Counted from the first letter of the stretch, positions 26,348 to 36,772 are shown. The stretch: DNA of 45,243 bases from Rubrobacter sp. (GCA_035640175.1 DASQWQ010000294.1:1-45243), one strand, 5' to 3'. Made by a program: numbers and translations. The notes: generated from the sequence alone by a model not told the origin.

Positions 26348-27499
26348 ATGGAAAATGGCCCGAAGTTGCCGCTAGAAGACGTCAAGATCCTCGACCTCTC
26401 GCGGGTCCTGGCAGGACCTTACGCCACGATGGTGCTCGGTGACCTCGGCGCCGAAGTCCTGAAGATCGAGCACCCCGAGCGTGGGGACGACACCCGCCAC
26501 TGGGGACCGCCCTTCGCGGGCGGCGAGTCGGCCTACTTCCTCTCCGTCAACCGCAACAAGCGTTCGATCGGGGTAGACCTGAAAGACCCTGATGGGCTTG
26601 AGCGGGTCGAGAAGCTCGCAGCCGGGGCTGACGTCGTGATCGAGAACTGGAGGCGCGGAGCCTTGGAGAAGCTCGGCCTGGGTTACGAAACGCTGAAGCG
26701 GGCGAACCCCGGCCTCGTGTATTGTTCCATCACGGGCTTCGGTCCTGGGCCTGATGAGAATCGTCCGGGCTACGACTTTTTGGTGCAGGCCAGGGGTGGT
26801 GTCATGGGCATCACGGGCCAGCCTGGCGGCGAACCGACGAAGGTCGGTGTTGCGATCTCGGACATAGTGTGCGGCCTTTTCGCGTCGAACGCGATCCTGG
26901 CCGCCCTGCACCGGCGTAGCGTGACCGGAGAGGGTGCGCGCATCGAAGTGCCGCTCTTCGAGTCCACCCTCGGCTGGCTCGCCAACCGTGGCCAGGAGTA
27001 CCTGGCGAGCGGCGAGGACACCGGCCTGATAGGAAACACCCACCCCTCCATCGTTCCATACCAGACCTTCGATGCCGCTGACAAACCCCTTGTGGTCGCC
27101 GTCGGCAACAACACCCAGTTCGCCAACCTGTGCAAGGTAGTAGGCTGTCCCGGGCTGGCCGAGGACGAGCGGTTCGCGACCAACCCCGACCGCGTGGCCA
27201 ACCGGGAGGCTTTGATCTCGGAGCTTCAAAGAGAGTTCGGCGAGCGGCCCGCGGACGAGTGGGCCGAGGAGCTCCGGTCAGCCGGTGTCCCTAGTGGCCC
27301 AGTCAACACGCTGGCCGACGTGCTCGCCGACGAGCACCTCCTCGGCTCGGGCATGCTGAGGGACCTGGATCATCCCTCAGCCGGCTCCTTCAAAATGCTC
27401 GCCTAACCGATCCTCATCGACGGCGAACGCCTGCCCATCCGCCGCCCCCCACCGACCCTCGGCCAGCACACGGAAAGAGTAAACGACGACTGGAGCTAG
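26348..27499 (+). pseudogene. CaiB/BaiF family III CoA-transferase with in-frame TAA at 27404-27406
   Basis: DLSRVLAGP, GDDTRHWGPP, NRNKRSI, GYD. After the TAA the frame continues PILIDGERLPIRRPPPTLGQHT (family C-terminal motif) to a TAG at 27499. Confidence 0.85.
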
Positions 27500-27642
27500 A
27501 GCTGTTAGCAAAGAGGGTGAACCTCTTTGCCAAAGCTAGTCAACATTTCAGCATTTCAGCTTCTTGTTTTCGCTTGTAGCCGATAGCTCATTGCCAAATA
27601 GGCCATTCGCAGTAGGTCGATATGTCTGAGAATCACTTTAGA
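27500..27642. repeat. TCAGC repeat locus K with hairpin and long module
   Basis: GCAAAGAGG-GTGAA-CCTCTTTGC, then GTCAACATTTCAGCATTTCAGCTTCTTGTTTTCGCTTGTAGCCGATAGCTCA...GTAGGTCGATA. Confidence 0.8.
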
Positions 27643-27780
27643 TTGCCAGTCGCGCCGACGAGCTTCAGGGGGGGTGAACTCGAAGCGATAGTTCAACGGC
27701 CTGCGGGCCGGAGCGCGGTGCTGGTCGGGCCGGTATAATCCCTTTGGGACGGTGGAATTCTCTCTTTCGAGGAGGCGCAG

Positions 27781-28196
27781 ATGGAAAGTATCGGCGGGGA
27801 GAACACGGGGATGCCTACTTCGATTCGCAAAGTCGTCGTAGCCAGTTTTATCGGCACCACGATCGAGTGGTACGACTACTTCATCTTCGTGACGGCTGCT
27901 TCCCTGATCTTTCCTGACTTGTTCTTTCCTGGCTTCGGGGAGACAGCGGGGAAGATACTATCCTACACCACATTCGCCGTCGGCTTCGTCGCCCGGCCCG
28001 AAGGCGGTGTGATCTTCGGCCACTACGGGGACAGGATCGGACGCAAGGCGATGCTGGTCACTTGATCTCTATTTACATCGCCGCCGTCTGCGTGCTGAGC
28101 GTCGTGTGCTACGCCCTGGCGGCCGAGACCTACCGCAAGGACATCTACGAGGAAGAGCCCGAGGAACGACGGCTGGTCGCCAAGCAGCAGGGATGA
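27781..28196 (+). pseudogene. MFS metabolite:H+ symporter (MHS) with most of the gene deleted
   Basis: N-terminus GTTIEWYDYF...FGHYGDRIGRK is joined out of frame to a last TM helix and tail, ISIYIAAVCVLSVVCYALAAETYRKD...QG*. TATAAT at 27734. Confidence 0.8.
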
Positions 28197-28242
28197 GACA
28201 GGGAAGGTCGGAAGATATCGTCCTTCCATCGGGTGCGCCCTC

Positions 28243-30219
28243 ATGAGCGGCACCCGACTCGGGGTCGACGTGGGCGGTACGTTCACCGATCTCGTCGCGC
28301 TCGGGGACGGCGGGATCCTGACGGCCAAAGTCCCATCTACCCCCCGCGACCAGTCAGAAGGCGTGATGAACGCCATCGAAGCCTCTGAGGTCGTGGCCGG
28401 CGCGTTCGTCGCCCTCGCCCACGGCATGACGGTCGCGACGAACGCACTCCTCGAACGCCAGGGGGGCCGCACGGCCCTCGTTACGACCGAGGGTTTCAGG
28501 GACGTACTGGAGATAGCCCGCCAGAACCGGCCCTCGCTCTACGATCTGGCGCAGGACCGTCCGCCCCCCCTCGTCCCACGCGGGCTGCGCTTCACAGTAG
28601 AGGAACGGATGGGCCCTGACGGAGAGCTTGCGCCACTCGATGAGGCGAGTCTGGAAGCCGCCGTCGCCGCCGTGGAAGAGGCGGAGGTAGAGGCGGTCGC
28701 CGTCTGCCTGCTCTTCGCCTTCGCGCATCCAGAACACGAACGGCGCGTCGGCGAGGCGCTGCGGGAGGCGCTCCCCAACGTGTACGTCTCCCTTAGCAGC
28801 GAGGTCCTGCCCGAGTTCCGCGAGTACGAGCGGTTCTCCACGACGACCGCCGACGCCTACCTGGCCCCTAAGCTCGCCGCCTACCTGGAGAAGCTGGCGG
28901 AGAGGGTGGAAGAATCAGGGAGCCCGTCACCGCTCATAATGCAGTCCTCGGGCGGCGTAACCAGCGTGGAGGATGCCGTCTCCGACGCCGCTGGTTGTGT
29001 CCTCTCAGGCCCTGCGGGAGGCGTCGTCGGCGCGGCCTACGTAGGCTCCCTCGGCGGTTACACGGATCTCCTCACCTTCGACATGGGCGGTACCAGCACG
29101 GACGTCGCCCCGATCCTCGCCGGCGAAGCCCAGACGACTACGGAGACGGTAGTCGCAGGCGTCCCGATCAAGTTACCCATGGTAGATGTTCATACCGTCA
29201 GCGCGGGCGGCGGCTCTATAGCCTGGGCCGACGCCGGCAGCGCGCTGCGCGTCGGCCCCCACTCTGCGGGTGCCGAGCCGGGACCCGCCGCCTACGACAC
29301 GGGCGGCCACGAGCCCGCCGTGACCGACGCCAACCTCTTCCTCGGCTACCTCGCCGACGGTACGGAGCTTGGCGGTGAGGTCGTGCTGCGGCGCAATCTC
29401 TCGGAGAAGGCCCTCGCGGCCCTCGGCGAGAAGCTGAGCCTCGCGGCCGAGGACGTCGCCCTCGGCACCGTGCGTGTGGCGAACGCGGAGATGACGCGCG
29501 CGCTCAGGATCATCAGCGTCGAGCGCGGCCTGGATCCGCGGGAATTCGCCCTGCTCGCCTTCGGCGGGGCCGGCGGGATGCACGCCTGCGCCCTTGCCGA
29601 GGAGCTGGGCATGCTGACCGTCCTCGTCCCGCGCGCCGGCGGCGTCCTATCCGCCCTCGGCCTCGCCATCTCGGACATCCGCCGCGACTACGTCAGCCCT
29701 TACCTCTCTCCCCTGGAGGAGGTGGACCCTGAAGAGTTCGAGCGTAGGTTCGCGCAGATGGAGAGCGCGGCGGAGGGAGACCTCGACGCTCCTGAACACA
29801 CGCGCAGGGCTGACCTCCGCTACAAGAGCCAGTCCTTCGAATTGACCGTGGAGGCTGATCCCTTCGAGAAGCTGGAGCACCGCTTCCACGCCGCGCACGA
29901 GCGGCGCTACGGCTACCGCATGGAGGACGAGGCCGTCGATCTGGTGAATGTGCGCCTCATCTCCACGGTCCCTGTCGAGAAGCCTGAGCTCGCGGAGCCC
30001 GAAGCCGGGGGCACGGCCGGTGCAGGAGAGCGGGAGGCTAACTTCGACGGGGAGTGGTTGCGGGTGCCTGTGCTCGACCGCGAAGAGATGGGCGAGGGTT
30101 CTGAGGTAGAGGGCCCTGCCATCGTCGAGTTCAGGGAGTCCACGTGCGTTGTCAGGCCCGGGTGGCGAGGTTCGGTGGATGGTGTGGGCACGCTCGTGCT
30201 GGAGAAGAACGATGGGTAG
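28243..30219 (+). CDS. Hydantoinase A / 5-oxoprolinase A-type subunit
   Basis: GVDVGGTFTD, TVATNALLE, EYERFSTT, SGPAGG, DMGGTSTD, GAEPGPAAY, AFGGAG. Confidence 0.92.
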   Translation: MSGTRLGVDVGGTFTDLVALGDGGILTAKVPSTPRDQSEGVMNAIEASEVVAGAFVALAHGMTVATNALLERQGGRTALVTTEGFRDVLEIARQNRPSLYDLAQDRPPPLVPRGLRFTVEERMGPDGELAPLDEASLEAAVAAVEEAEVEAVAVCLLFAFAHPEHERRVGEALREALPNVYVSLSSEVLPEFREYERFSTTTADAYLAPKLAAYLEKLAERVEESGSPSPLIMQSSGGVTSVEDAVSDAAGCVLSGPAGGVVGAAYVGSLGGYTDLLTFDMGGTSTDVAPILAGEAQTTTETVVAGVPIKLPMVDVHTVSAGGGSIAWADAGSALRVGPHSAGAEPGPAAYDTGGHEPAVTDANLFLGYLADGTELGGEVVLRRNLSEKALAALGEKLSLAAEDVALGTVRVANAEMTRALRIISVERGLDPREFALLAFGGAGGMHACALAEELGMLTVLVPRAGGVLSALGLAISDIRRDYVSPYLSPLEEVDPEEFERRFAQMESAAEGDLDAPEHTRRADLRYKSQSFELTVEADPFEKLEHRFHAAHERRYGYRMEDEAVDLVNVRLISTVPVEKPELAEPEAGGTAGAGEREANFDGEWLRVPVLDREEMGEGSEVEGPAIVEFRESTCVVRPGWRGSVDGVGTLVLEKNDG

Positions 30220-31756
30220 GCTCGACCCCGTAACCCTTTCGGTTCTCGCCAGTGCTCTGGCCGGGATCGCCGAGGAGATGGGGGCTGTCCTGATCCGGGG
30301 TTCCTACTCGTCGCACATCAAGGAGCGGCGCGACTGCTCCACAGCGCTCTTCGCCGCAGAGGGGCGTATGGTCGCCCAGGCTGAGCACATCCCGGTCTAC
30401 CTTGGCGCGATGCCCGAGGCCGTTGCGGCCATCATGGACCGTGACCCCGAGCCGGGCGATGTGTTCGCTATAAACGACCCTTACTCCGGCGGGACCCACC
30501 TGCCCGACATAACGCTCGTCTCTCCTGTCGCTTACGAGGGAGAGATCATCGGTTACGCGGTCACGAGGGCTCACCACTCTGACGTCGGGGGGATGCGTCC
30601 CGGATCCATGCCCAGCGACTCGCGCGAGATCTACCAGGAGGGCCTCATTATCCCTCCGGTTCGTCTTGTGCGGTCTGGCGATTACGTCGACGACGTGCTC
30701 GACCTGCTCCTCGCTAACGTCCGCACCCCCGACCTCAGGCGCGGCGACCTGCGCGCCCAGATCGCCGCGAACAACATCGCCGAAGAACGCGTAGCAGAGC
30801 TGATAGAACGCCGCGGCAAAGACACCGTCCTCGCCGCTTTCGAGGAGGTGATCTCCTACGCTGAGAAACGCACCCGCGAGGCTATCGGTGAACTCCCCGA
30901 CGGGGAGCACTCCGCAGAGGACTGCATGGAGGGCGACGGCATCACGGACGAGGACATCACTATACGGGCCACCGTGACCGTCGAGGGCGACTCGATGACG
31001 ATAGACTTCTCCGGGACCGCCGACGCCGCCAGCGGCAACATAAATTGCCCACTCCCCGTCACCCGCTCGGCCAGCTACTTCGCCCTGCGCGTACTGCTCC
31101 CCAAGGACGTACTCGCCAACGCAGGCACCTACGCCCCGCTAACCATAGAGGCCCCTCGGGGGAGTCTGGTCAATGCGGCCTACCCGTCTGCGGTCGTGGC
31201 CGGGAACGTCGAGACCTCCAACCGCATCGCTGACACCGTGCTCTCCGCGCTAGCCGGCTTCGCCCGCGAGAGGATGCCCGCGCAGGGCCAGGGGACGATG
31301 AACAATACCGTGATCGGGGGACAGGGCTGGACGTACTACGAGACCATCGGTGGCGGCCAGGGTGCAAGCCACGGAGGTCCTGGTCCCTCCGGCGTCCACG
31401 TCGGGATGAGCAATACGCTCAACACCCCCATCGAGGCCTTCGAGATGGAGTATCCCATGCGTGTCGAGCGCTACGAGCTGCTCTACGGCTCGGGCGGGGA
31501 CGGCGAGCACGGCGGCGGCGACGGCATCGTCCGCGCCGTGCGTGTACTCGAACCCGCCAGCCTCTCCCTGCTCACCGACCGCAGGCGCCACGGGCCGCGG
31601 GGAGCCTGCGGCGGCGAACCAGGCAGGGTCGGCCGCAACCTCCTGGGCGACGAGGAGTTGCCGCCGAAGGTCAGCCGGGAGCTGGAGGAGGGAGACGTGG
31701 TGGTCATCGAGACACCCGGCGGTGGCGGTTACGGGCGTGCCGACGACTGCCCGTAA
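30212..31756 (+). CDS. Hydantoinase B / 5-oxoprolinase B-type subunit
   Basis: IKERRDCS, NDPYSGGTHLPD, HHSDVGG, QGTMNN, YYETIGGG, ETPGGGGYG. ATG at 30212 overlaps the end of subunit A. Confidence 0.92.
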   Translation: MGRLDPVTLSVLASALAGIAEEMGAVLIRGSYSSHIKERRDCSTALFAAEGRMVAQAEHIPVYLGAMPEAVAAIMDRDPEPGDVFAINDPYSGGTHLPDITLVSPVAYEGEIIGYAVTRAHHSDVGGMRPGSMPSDSREIYQEGLIIPPVRLVRSGDYVDDVLDLLLANVRTPDLRRGDLRAQIAANNIAEERVAELIERRGKDTVLAAFEEVISYAEKRTREAIGELPDGEHSAEDCMEGDGITDEDITIRATVTVEGDSMTIDFSGTADAASGNINCPLPVTRSASYFALRVLLPKDVLANAGTYAPLTIEAPRGSLVNAAYPSAVVAGNVETSNRIADTVLSALAGFARERMPAQGQGTMNNTVIGGQGWTYYETIGGGQGASHGGPGPSGVHVGMSNTLNTPIEAFEMEYPMRVERYELLYGSGGDGEHGGGDGIVRAVRVLEPASLSLLTDRRRHGPRGACGGEPGRVGRNLLGDEELPPKVSRELEEGDVVVIETPGGGGYGRADDCP

Positions 31757-31802
31757 CTGCTAACCTCCTACTCTGGTTCACCTACCGGAGGGAGCACGGA
31801 GA

Positions 31803-32261
31803 ATGAAAGGTATGGTCGAGGGGATCTACGTTACCGGAGAAGGCAGCGCGGCCATGGAGAGCGTGGAGGAGGTCAGAACCGTCGAGGGGTGTGGCATCGA
31901 GGGGGATCGCTACTGTGCGGGGACGGGATACTGGACGCGTTACGGAGACGTTTGTGAGGTGACCCTGATCGAAGGCGAGGACCTCGACTACATCGAGAAG
32001 GAGCTCGGCATCGGCGTCAAGAACGGCGAGCACAGGCGCAACATAATCACCCGCGGCATAAGGCTCGGCGACCTGCGCAGAAAGAGGTTCCGTATCGGGG
32101 AGACCGTGCTGGAGTACGACCGGCCGCGGCCGCCCTGCAGGCACGTACAGGAGTTGAGCGAGCCCGGCATGACGCGGGCCCTCAAGAGTCGAGGAGGCAT
32201 CTGCGCCAGGGTCGTCCAGGCCGGCAGCATCAGGGTGCGCGACGCCATCGAAACAGAGTAG
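31803..32261 (+). CDS. MOSC domain protein
   Basis: GIEGDRY, VTLIEGE, RRNIITRG, PPCRH, RGGICARV. Confidence 0.88.
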   Translation: MKGMVEGIYVTGEGSAAMESVEEVRTVEGCGIEGDRYCAGTGYWTRYGDVCEVTLIEGEDLDYIEKELGIGVKNGEHRRNIITRGIRLGDLRRKRFRIGETVLEYDRPRPPCRHVQELSEPGMTRALKSRGGICARVVQAGSIRVRDAIETE

Positions 32262-32264
32262 CGT

Positions 32265-33578
32265 TCACTGGGGGCAAAGCTTGGTGGGGTTCGGAACGAG
32301 ACACCCGCTGCCCGGAACCGGTCTCTCGTAGTCGAACCAGTAGTCGATCCATACGCGGCGCATGAGGTCATCATCGCTTATGGGTATCGCCAGGACCAGC
32401 GGGAGGAAGAACACGGTCAGCGCCACGGCGCAGGCGGTAAAGCCGACGACCATCCAGGGACCCCACCGCGAACGATTCCAGATTTTGCAAAGCCAGTAGA
32501 CCAGCGCCAGGATGGAGAAGGTGTAGATGGGCAGGTAATTGTAGATGTACGGAATCCTGGTGCCGGCCACCCAGGGCGCGAGGAGAAACACGTAGCCGAG
32601 CACGATCGGTATGATCGGGTCGTCCGCCGAGAGCTTCCTGGCTACGGCTTTTCGCGCTATCTCGAAGATGCTAACAACCACGGCCAGTGTGCTGCTCCAC
32701 CAGATCAGGGGATTGCCTATCGCGACGACCACCTGAAAGAGTCCCTCCGCGTTCACCCCGTAGAAAAAGCGTATCGGCCGCAGCATGATCGGCCAGCTCC
32801 ACCAGGCCGAGCCCCAGGCGTGGGGGATGACGACGGTGATCTTGCGCGCGGCATCGAGGTGTCAGTTCCACGACCATACCCAGGCTTCAATGGGGTTCGT
32901 GGTGATGGTAATGAGCGCCCCGACGTAGACCACAGCGACGTAGACGACAGCGGAGATCCAGAGCCCCCCCAGAAACGGTCGCAGCAGTCCCTTGCGCCAG
33001 AGGATGTAGCCTACGGGCACGGCAACAGGGAAGGCTGCCCACTTGACGGCGATAGCCAGGCCGAGCAACACGGAGGAGAAGATCACCTGCCTGTCACTCT
33101 CGGCCCGCAGCGCCGCAAGAAAGGCCGCGAGCACAAAGAAAACAACGAAGATGTCCATGACCCCGGTCCTGGAATGAACTATGAATATCGTCTCTGCGGC
33201 AAAGAAGGTGGCCAGCAGCATGGCACCAACCCTCTCCTTGAGGCAATACCAGCCGAGGACTGCCACGAGCGGTACGAGGGCCAGGCCGAACAACGTAGGC
33301 ATGATCCTCCAGCCCAGGGCCTCGTTGCCCAGGAGGGAGATGCCGACGGCTATAATGAACTTTCCTAAGGGTGGATGCAGGTCGAACTGGTAGACGCCCT
33401 GTAAGTACTTGTTGGCCATGGCCGGGAAGTACCTCTCGTCCCACAGGATACTCGGTGGGAAGCCCAGATGGTAGAGCCTTGCCCACACTCCAAGCGCTAC
33501 CGTGCAGACGCTGATGAGCAGCATCGATCGGTAGGCCCACGACCTATCATGGCTCAGGAAGGACTTCACAAGACGCAC
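32265..33578 (-). pseudogene. Protein O-mannosyltransferase-like (PMT/GT39) glycosyltransferase with in-frame TGA at 32862-32864
   Basis: WDERYF, HPPLGK and KW in the N-part. The frame continues WSWN*HLDAA...HAWGSAWWSWPIMLRPI, GNPLIWW, YIYNYLP. Confidence 0.82.
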
Positions 33579-33842
33579 GTTACTAGGTTTCGCGAACGTT
33601 TGTAAAGCGCCGGCAGAGATTCTTGCGACGCGCCGCTAGGGTTGAGGCCAGAGGTTGAGAGGAGCCAGGAAAGATGCCATCGGCGCGCTCCTTGCCGACC
33701 TAGGCGTGAGCCACGAATAGCTCCGGAGTAGGGTTTCTGAGACGCATGCTACCGACCTGCAAGACGGCCCGCTCGGCGAGCGAACCGCACGGACCATGGC
33801 CGAACCAGACTGGCTAATGAATCCCGTTAACCTTGCGTGCTA

Positions 33843-34472
33843 TTACGCTTGCAGGAATCTTTGTGCCGCATCCATCGCGGCGTCGGCCGCGCAAACCAAC
33901 GAGACCAGGTAGACGCCGTGCCAGAATCCCACGTTCCACTCGTGGCCGAAGAGCTCGTCGGACACGGTGACGATGAGTGCGGCGCGAACGCCTCGCACAC
34001 GTGCTACTGCAAAGATGGCGGCCGCCTCCATCTCGAAGATGGACACATCGGCTTCGCTGTGGTGAAGGATCGCACCCACCGTCTCGCGGTACGGAGCATC
34101 GATCGTTCACGATCTGCCCCGCACAGGTCCGGCGCCACAGGTGGCGGCGCATTGCTCCAATGTGGCCGTGAGTTCCGGGTCGGCCGACACGATCTCATTC
34201 GCAGGCAAGTAATGGTGCGAGGCGCCGTCCTCGCGCTCTGCACCCGTGACGATCACTTTGCTGCCGATCGGGAGGTGCCGCTGCAAGGCGCCCGCAGGGC
34301 CAACCATGAGCACGTTGCGCACACCGCGCGCTATCGAGTCCTCCAGGACGAGCGCCGCTGGGGCGCACCTATGCTGATGCGAGCCAAGGCGCAAGGTAAG
34401 CCGGACGCATTCTAGCGGGCCGCACGGCCCCCAGGAAGGCAACCGTACTCTTGTCAATTCGAGGCTTGACAT
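33843..34472 (-). pseudogene. Nucleoside phosphorylase (PNP/UDP family), degenerate
   Basis: GPAGAL, REDGASHHY, GRS*TIDAPYRET (TGA at 34107-34109), EMEAAA, VSD. An apparent frameshift near 34360 breaks IGAP, and the 5' part is eroded. Confidence 0.78.
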
Positions 34473-34516
34473 AGTGCTCGGGCCGAGTTCTGGCCCAACG
34501 TGCCCGTCTTCAACAA

Positions 34517-35449
34517 TTACAGGAGGTCGCCCGTGGCCTCGGAAAGGTCAGCGAGCGCCTTGCTCCAACGAGCGTCGGCGCAGCCTGAGCCCTGGAGCGT
34601 TGTCGCGTCAAGCAGACACCAGAACAGGTTGACGCACTGCCACTCGGGCAGCGTTGCGCCGCGCTCGGACTCGTACGCCTCCCAGATTCGCCGTCTCAGT
34701 TCGGCCCAGTATCGCTCCCGGCTACAGATGCGGTACCCGCCTAAGCCGAAATCCAGGTCCAAGAACGGATGGCCGAGGTGGAGTCCGTCCCAATCCACAA
34801 CGCCGGTAACTCGCAGCTCCTCGTCGACGAGGAATTGCCCGTCTGAGACCTCGCCGTGTACCGTCGTCCGTCCCAGCTTCGCAATGGGGACGAGCGCCTC
34901 CGACCACAGGTCCGCCGGTGCCTCTCTTACGTGCGGCCTAAGCGATTTGGCAGCCAGGCGCGCCGTCACGGGGACCTTGTCGGGCCGCGTCCAAGCGTCG
35001 GAGACCCTGGGTGCGTCGAGGTGTTCGGGCCTTGGGTCGAACCTGGAAGGGACGGCTACTTGATGCCATTGTGCGATACGGCGGCTCAGACCCTCCAGAC
35101 AAGCGGCCAGCTCCTCGATCGACAACGATGCCTCCACCACGTCATACGGTTTCCCGAGTATCCGGGTCAACTCGAGGAACGGATGAGGGGACACTTCATC
35201 GTCATGGTGGAGCCCGAGGAGGCGCGGGGCGAAGTCCAGGTCGAGCGACGATAGGACGTCGGCCTCACGCTCGAGCATCGGCACCTCCCCCTGGTGACGA
35301 GGGAACACGAAGACGCGATCCGGGGCGACCACGACGAGTCGATGCCACCCCGAGGCGATGAGTTTCAGGGGAACGCCGCCCAGGTCGAAGCGAGAACGGA
35401 GCCTCGCCTCCTGCGGGGGAATCAGCAAAGCTCGTAGATCTTCAGTCAT
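34517..35449 (-). CDS. Aminoglycoside phosphotransferase (APH)/kinase-like protein
   Basis: VFVFPR, LEREA, VHGEV (Brenner-like motif with E in place of D), GVVDWD, GHPFLD. Confidence 0.75.
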   Translation of the reverse strand: MTEDLRALLIPPQEARLRSRFDLGGVPLKLIASGWHRLVVVAPDRVFVFPRHQGEVPMLEREADVLSSLDLDFAPRLLGLHHDDEVSPHPFLELTRILGKPYDVVEASLSIEELAACLEGLSRRIAQWHQVAVPSRFDPRPEHLDAPRVSDAWTRPDKVPVTARLAAKSLRPHVREAPADLWSEALVPIAKLGRTTVHGEVSDGQFLVDEELRVTGVVDWDGLHLGHPFLDLDFGLGGYRICSRERYWAELRRRIWEAYESERGATLPEWQCVNLFWCLLDATTLQGSGCADARWSKALADLSEATGDLL

Positions 35450-35847
35450 CGCGCTTATCCATCACATTGAACGCCCTTGGCCGAGGAGTCTAGCCGAAGC
35501 CAAACACCCTTACCAGAGACCCCTAAGCCGCGCCTTTCTCGCCCGGTCAAGGATCGGTGACAGGGCTCTGTTGAGCGTAGTAACAACAGAGTGTCCACCG
35601 AGGCTCCTCACTTCACATTGCCCTTCGAGATCCATGTGGCATGTTCGGGAGCTTTTTCCCGTGCCGCTTCTTCTCGTCGGTGCGGTGCTGGCACTCTTTT
35701 CCCGCAACGACGCGGCGGAACCGTCGGGAGAAACGGTCTGACCTTGAGGAGGGCTCCCCGACTCGCCGCTGTCCCTCTCGCTAAGAGCATCGATGTGACT
35801 GCGCTTCTCGTGTTGTGTGCGGCGTCCATTTCAGACCGACCGGAGGC

Positions 35848-36648
35848 CTAAGAAAGCACGTCGCGGCGAGTAAAGACGGCCCAGGCGGCGGCGAGGAAGG
35901 AGATCCCCCAGAGGAGGCTGACCCAGAGGGAGCGCGCTATCGGTTCCCAGGCTATGGGATCGCGAGCGAGGTTGAGCCAGGCCTCGAACTGGTTCGTGAG
36001 CAGGTAGGGATCTAGGGGCCCGGCGAGGCCGAGGCCGGAGGCGAGCCGAAGTAGCAGGACGAGGACCACGGCGCCCACGCCCGAGCCCACCGAGTTGTGG
36101 GTAGTGACGGACAGGAAGACCGCGAACGCGGCGAGCGCCATCAGGGGCACGGAGACGAGGCCCGCGCCGGCCCACACGAGCGTGATGCCGCGCCCGACGC
36201 TTATCGGCGTTCCGCCCGGCCCGGCGAGGGGGGCGAAGCCGCCCGCCAGGTAGCCTGCGGCGAGGCCCACGCCCGCGAGGACCGTCGAGGCGGCGAGGCA
36301 GTAGACGCCGACCGCCGCCGCCTTGGCGAGGAACAGCTCCGTCCGGCCCACGGAGCGGCTGAGGACCGTCTTCAGGGTGCCCGCCGAGACTTCGCCGGCC
36401 ACCGCGTCCCCGGCGACGAACGCTACGACGAGCGGCAACAGGACGAAGGTGGCGAAGGCGAGCGTGACGAGCGGGACCACGAGCCCGTTCTCCAGTAGTT
36501 GCGTGGCGAAGGGAGCCTCGCCCTCCGGCGGGCCCTGGCGTGTGATCTCCAGTGCCGCCACGAACAAAACGGGTACGAGCGCCGTCGCCCCGAGCCCGAA
36601 AAGCGTCCGCCGCTGGCGCACGAGCTTGTAAAGCTCCCAGCGGATCAC
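35848..36648 (-). CDS. ABC-2 type transporter permease
   Basis: IRWELYK, AGDAVAGEVSAGTLK, multiple TM helices, C-terminal FTRRDV. Confidence 0.88.
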   Translation of the reverse strand: MIRWELYKLVRQRRTLFGLGATALVPVLFVAALEITRQGPPEGEAPFATQLLENGLVVPLVTLAFATFVLLPLVVAFVAGDAVAGEVSAGTLKTVLSRSVGRTELFLAKAAAVGVYCLAASTVLAGVGLAAGYLAGGFAPLAGPGGTPISVGRGITLVWAGAGLVSVPLMALAAFAVFLSVTTHNSVGSGVGAVVLVLLLRLASGLGLAGPLDPYLLTNQFEAWLNLARDPIAWEPIARSLWVSLLWGISFLAAAWAVFTRRDVLS

Positions 36649-36772
36649 GCCGGGTCCCGGTGGAGGGTTCGATGCGTCTGCCGTTCGTGAGGGGCAAGAA
36701 GTGAGCGGTGAGTACGAAAAGCTTCCCTTCTTGCCCCGCTCTCTATACGGTGGCGAGCACCCTCGTTCGGCG

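Noticed and set aside
33670-33830. Possible Clp N-domain-like fragment (ALLADLGVSHE*LRSRV)
   Set aside because: Too short and degenerate to support without a search.
3524-34109. Stop-codon reassignment, pyrrolysine or selenocysteine readthrough
   Set aside because: All three stop types interrupt genes, and TAG/TGA also end many intact genes here. The same window has frameshifts and deletions, and no pyl/sel genes or suppressor tRNA are visible.
34517-35449. Bona fide aminoglycoside resistance gene
   Set aside because: Only fold-level motifs are present, and the catalytic HGD reads HGE. Substrate and activity cannot be inferred.
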